NCBI GenBank assembly: GCA_964476605.1
Contig: CAYZBH010000006.1
Coordinates: 5,476 to 69,475 of the forward strand
Direction of reading: 5' to 3'
Origin: an uncultured Thermoanaerobaculia bacterium
Lineage (GTDB): Bacteria > Acidobacteriota > Thermoanaerobaculia > Multivoradales > JAGPDF01
DNA: 64,000 nucleotides
In this document: positions 63,271 through 64,000 of the stretch, in pieces
Layout of the letters: every line of letters begins with the position of its first letter
Position numbering within the stretch: the stretch's first letter is position 1
Notes under the pieces: model-generated
Databases searched by the model: none
Told to the model about the DNA's origin: nothing
The model's input: only the letters and a program-made list of their open reading frames with translations
Translations under genes and position numbers: made by a program

Positions 63271-64000
63271 GTGACCGAGACGACGTCTCCCTCCGCGGCC
63301 GCCGGTCGCGACCTGCGGCTCGACCTGCTGCGCGGCCTCTGCGTGGCGCGCATGCTCCTCGTCCACCTCGGCTGGAGCTTCGGTTTCTTCCGCTGGCCGT
63401 TCGGGCTGGTGACCGCCGCCGAGGGGTTCTTCCTCCTGTCCGGGATCACCCTCGGACGGGTTGGCCGTCGCTACGCCGCCACCGGCCGCGCCACCGCGTT
63501 CGGCTGGCGGCTCCTGCGCCGCGCCGGCTGGCTCTGGTTCGCCAACACGCTGCTGGTCCTGGCGCTGCGCCAGCTCGAAGGGACCTGCGCCTGCCCGACC
63601 GGTCTCTTCGCGATGGTCTTCGGCGACCTCTCGCCGGTCCACCAGGTGCTCTCTTTCGATCAGCCCTCGGTGCTGCACGTCCTGCCGCGCTACGTCGTCT
63701 TCCTGGCGGTGACGCCGCTCGTGCTCGCGGCGATCCGGGCCGGCGCCGGAGTCTGGGTCGGCGCCCTGTCGGCGCTCCTCTGGATGCACACGCGTCTCCC
63801 CTACCATGCCTTCAAGCTCCCCTACTTCGAGACCGGCGATTCCAACTTTCCGGTCGCCGCCTGGCAGCTCCTCTTCGTGGGCGGCATCCTGATCGGGCAT
63901 CGCCGCTGGGGCGAGGACGACCGCGGCCGCGTCTCCGCGACCGCGGCGGCGGCGGGCGCCCTCCTCGCCCTCGGTTTCGCGCTCCTCGACCACTACGGGA
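63271..64000 (+). CDS. Acyltransferase-3/OpgC-like membrane protein. Partial: the 3' end runs off the window.
   Basis: Hand translation from a GTG at 63271 gives VTETTSPSAAAGRDLRLDLLRGLCVARMLLVHLGWSF...FFLLSGITLGRV..., an OpgC/acyltransferase_3-like N-terminus (DxLRGxxxxxMxxxH). Not in the track because there is no in-window stop. Confidence 0.45.
   Translation, partial: MTETTSPSAAAGRDLRLDLLRGLCVARMLLVHLGWSFGFFRWPFGLVTAAEGFFLLSGITLGRVGRRYAATGRATAFGWRLLRRAGWLWFANTLLVLALRQLEGTCACPTGLFAMVFGDLSPVHQVLSFDQPSVLHVLPRYVVFLAVTPLVLAAIRAGAGVWVGALSALLWMHTRLPYHAFKLPYFETGDSNFPVAAWQLLFVGGILIGHRRWGEDDRGRVSATAAAAGALLALGFALLDHYG

Overview
This is a high-GC (~70%) bacterial chromosomal window that is almost entirely coding, with about 54 plausible genes. 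Many start/stop junctions overlap by 4 nt (ATGA, GTGA or TTGA), so most genes sit in translationally coupled operons. The ORF track is flooded with Arg/Pro/Gly-rich shadow ORFs typical of GC-rich DNA; I kept only frames whose translations show recognisable protein features. The six-frame track reports GTG/TTG starts as M, and my hand coordinates may be off by 1 nt. No rRNA, tRNA, CRISPR array or transposase was recognised.

Recognisable content, in order:
- A partial esterase-like gene, an S51 (cyanophycinase-like) peptidase, and a divergent ATP-grasp ligase.
- glgX, then korAB (2-oxoglutarate:ferredoxin oxidoreductase).
- A seven-gene minus-strand operon (7750-15970) with a very unusual composition, described below.
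- An OmpR-type two-component pair.
- A ~1430-aa secreted multi-domain nuclease.
- A three-gene module: small membrane protein, ECF sigma factor, anti-sigma factor.
- fdhD, then a complete bidirectional NAD-coupled [NiFe] hydrogenase operon (hoxF with a fused NuoE/HoxE-like domain, hoxU, hoxY, hoxH, hoxW) followed by a receiver protein and a convergent GAF histidine kinase.
- A TfoX-N-only protein; a zinc-ribbon membrane protein coupled to a zinc-ribbon site-2 protease; a TPR protein; a PlsC-like acyltransferase; a PAS-GGDEF protein; an SRPBCC protein.
- A metal block: a P1B-type ATPase and a ZnuBC-like ABC transporter with no binding protein.
- A class II photolyase.
- A kdp locus in which KdpD is split into two genes flanking kdpE-kdpF-kdpFABC.
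- kup and an ArsB/NhaD-family permease.
- A cell-envelope block: NUDIX hydrolase, polytopic membrane protein, GT4 glycosyltransferase, OpgC-like acyltransferase.

The best candidate for a previously undescribed system is the 7750-15970 operon. It encodes, in order: a YceI-like periplasmic polyisoprenoid-binding protein; a polyprenyl diphosphate synthase; a His-rich polytopic membrane protein with HH and HxH motifs; a small membrane protein; a three-part fusion of an MFS-like transporter domain, a CcoO/FixO-type cytochrome c and a second c-type heme domain; an MMPL/HpnN-like RND exporter; and a lipoprotein alpha/beta-hydrolase. There is no canonical CcoN. This looks like a novel quinone/isoprenoid-linked periplasmic electron-transfer or lipid-handling module.
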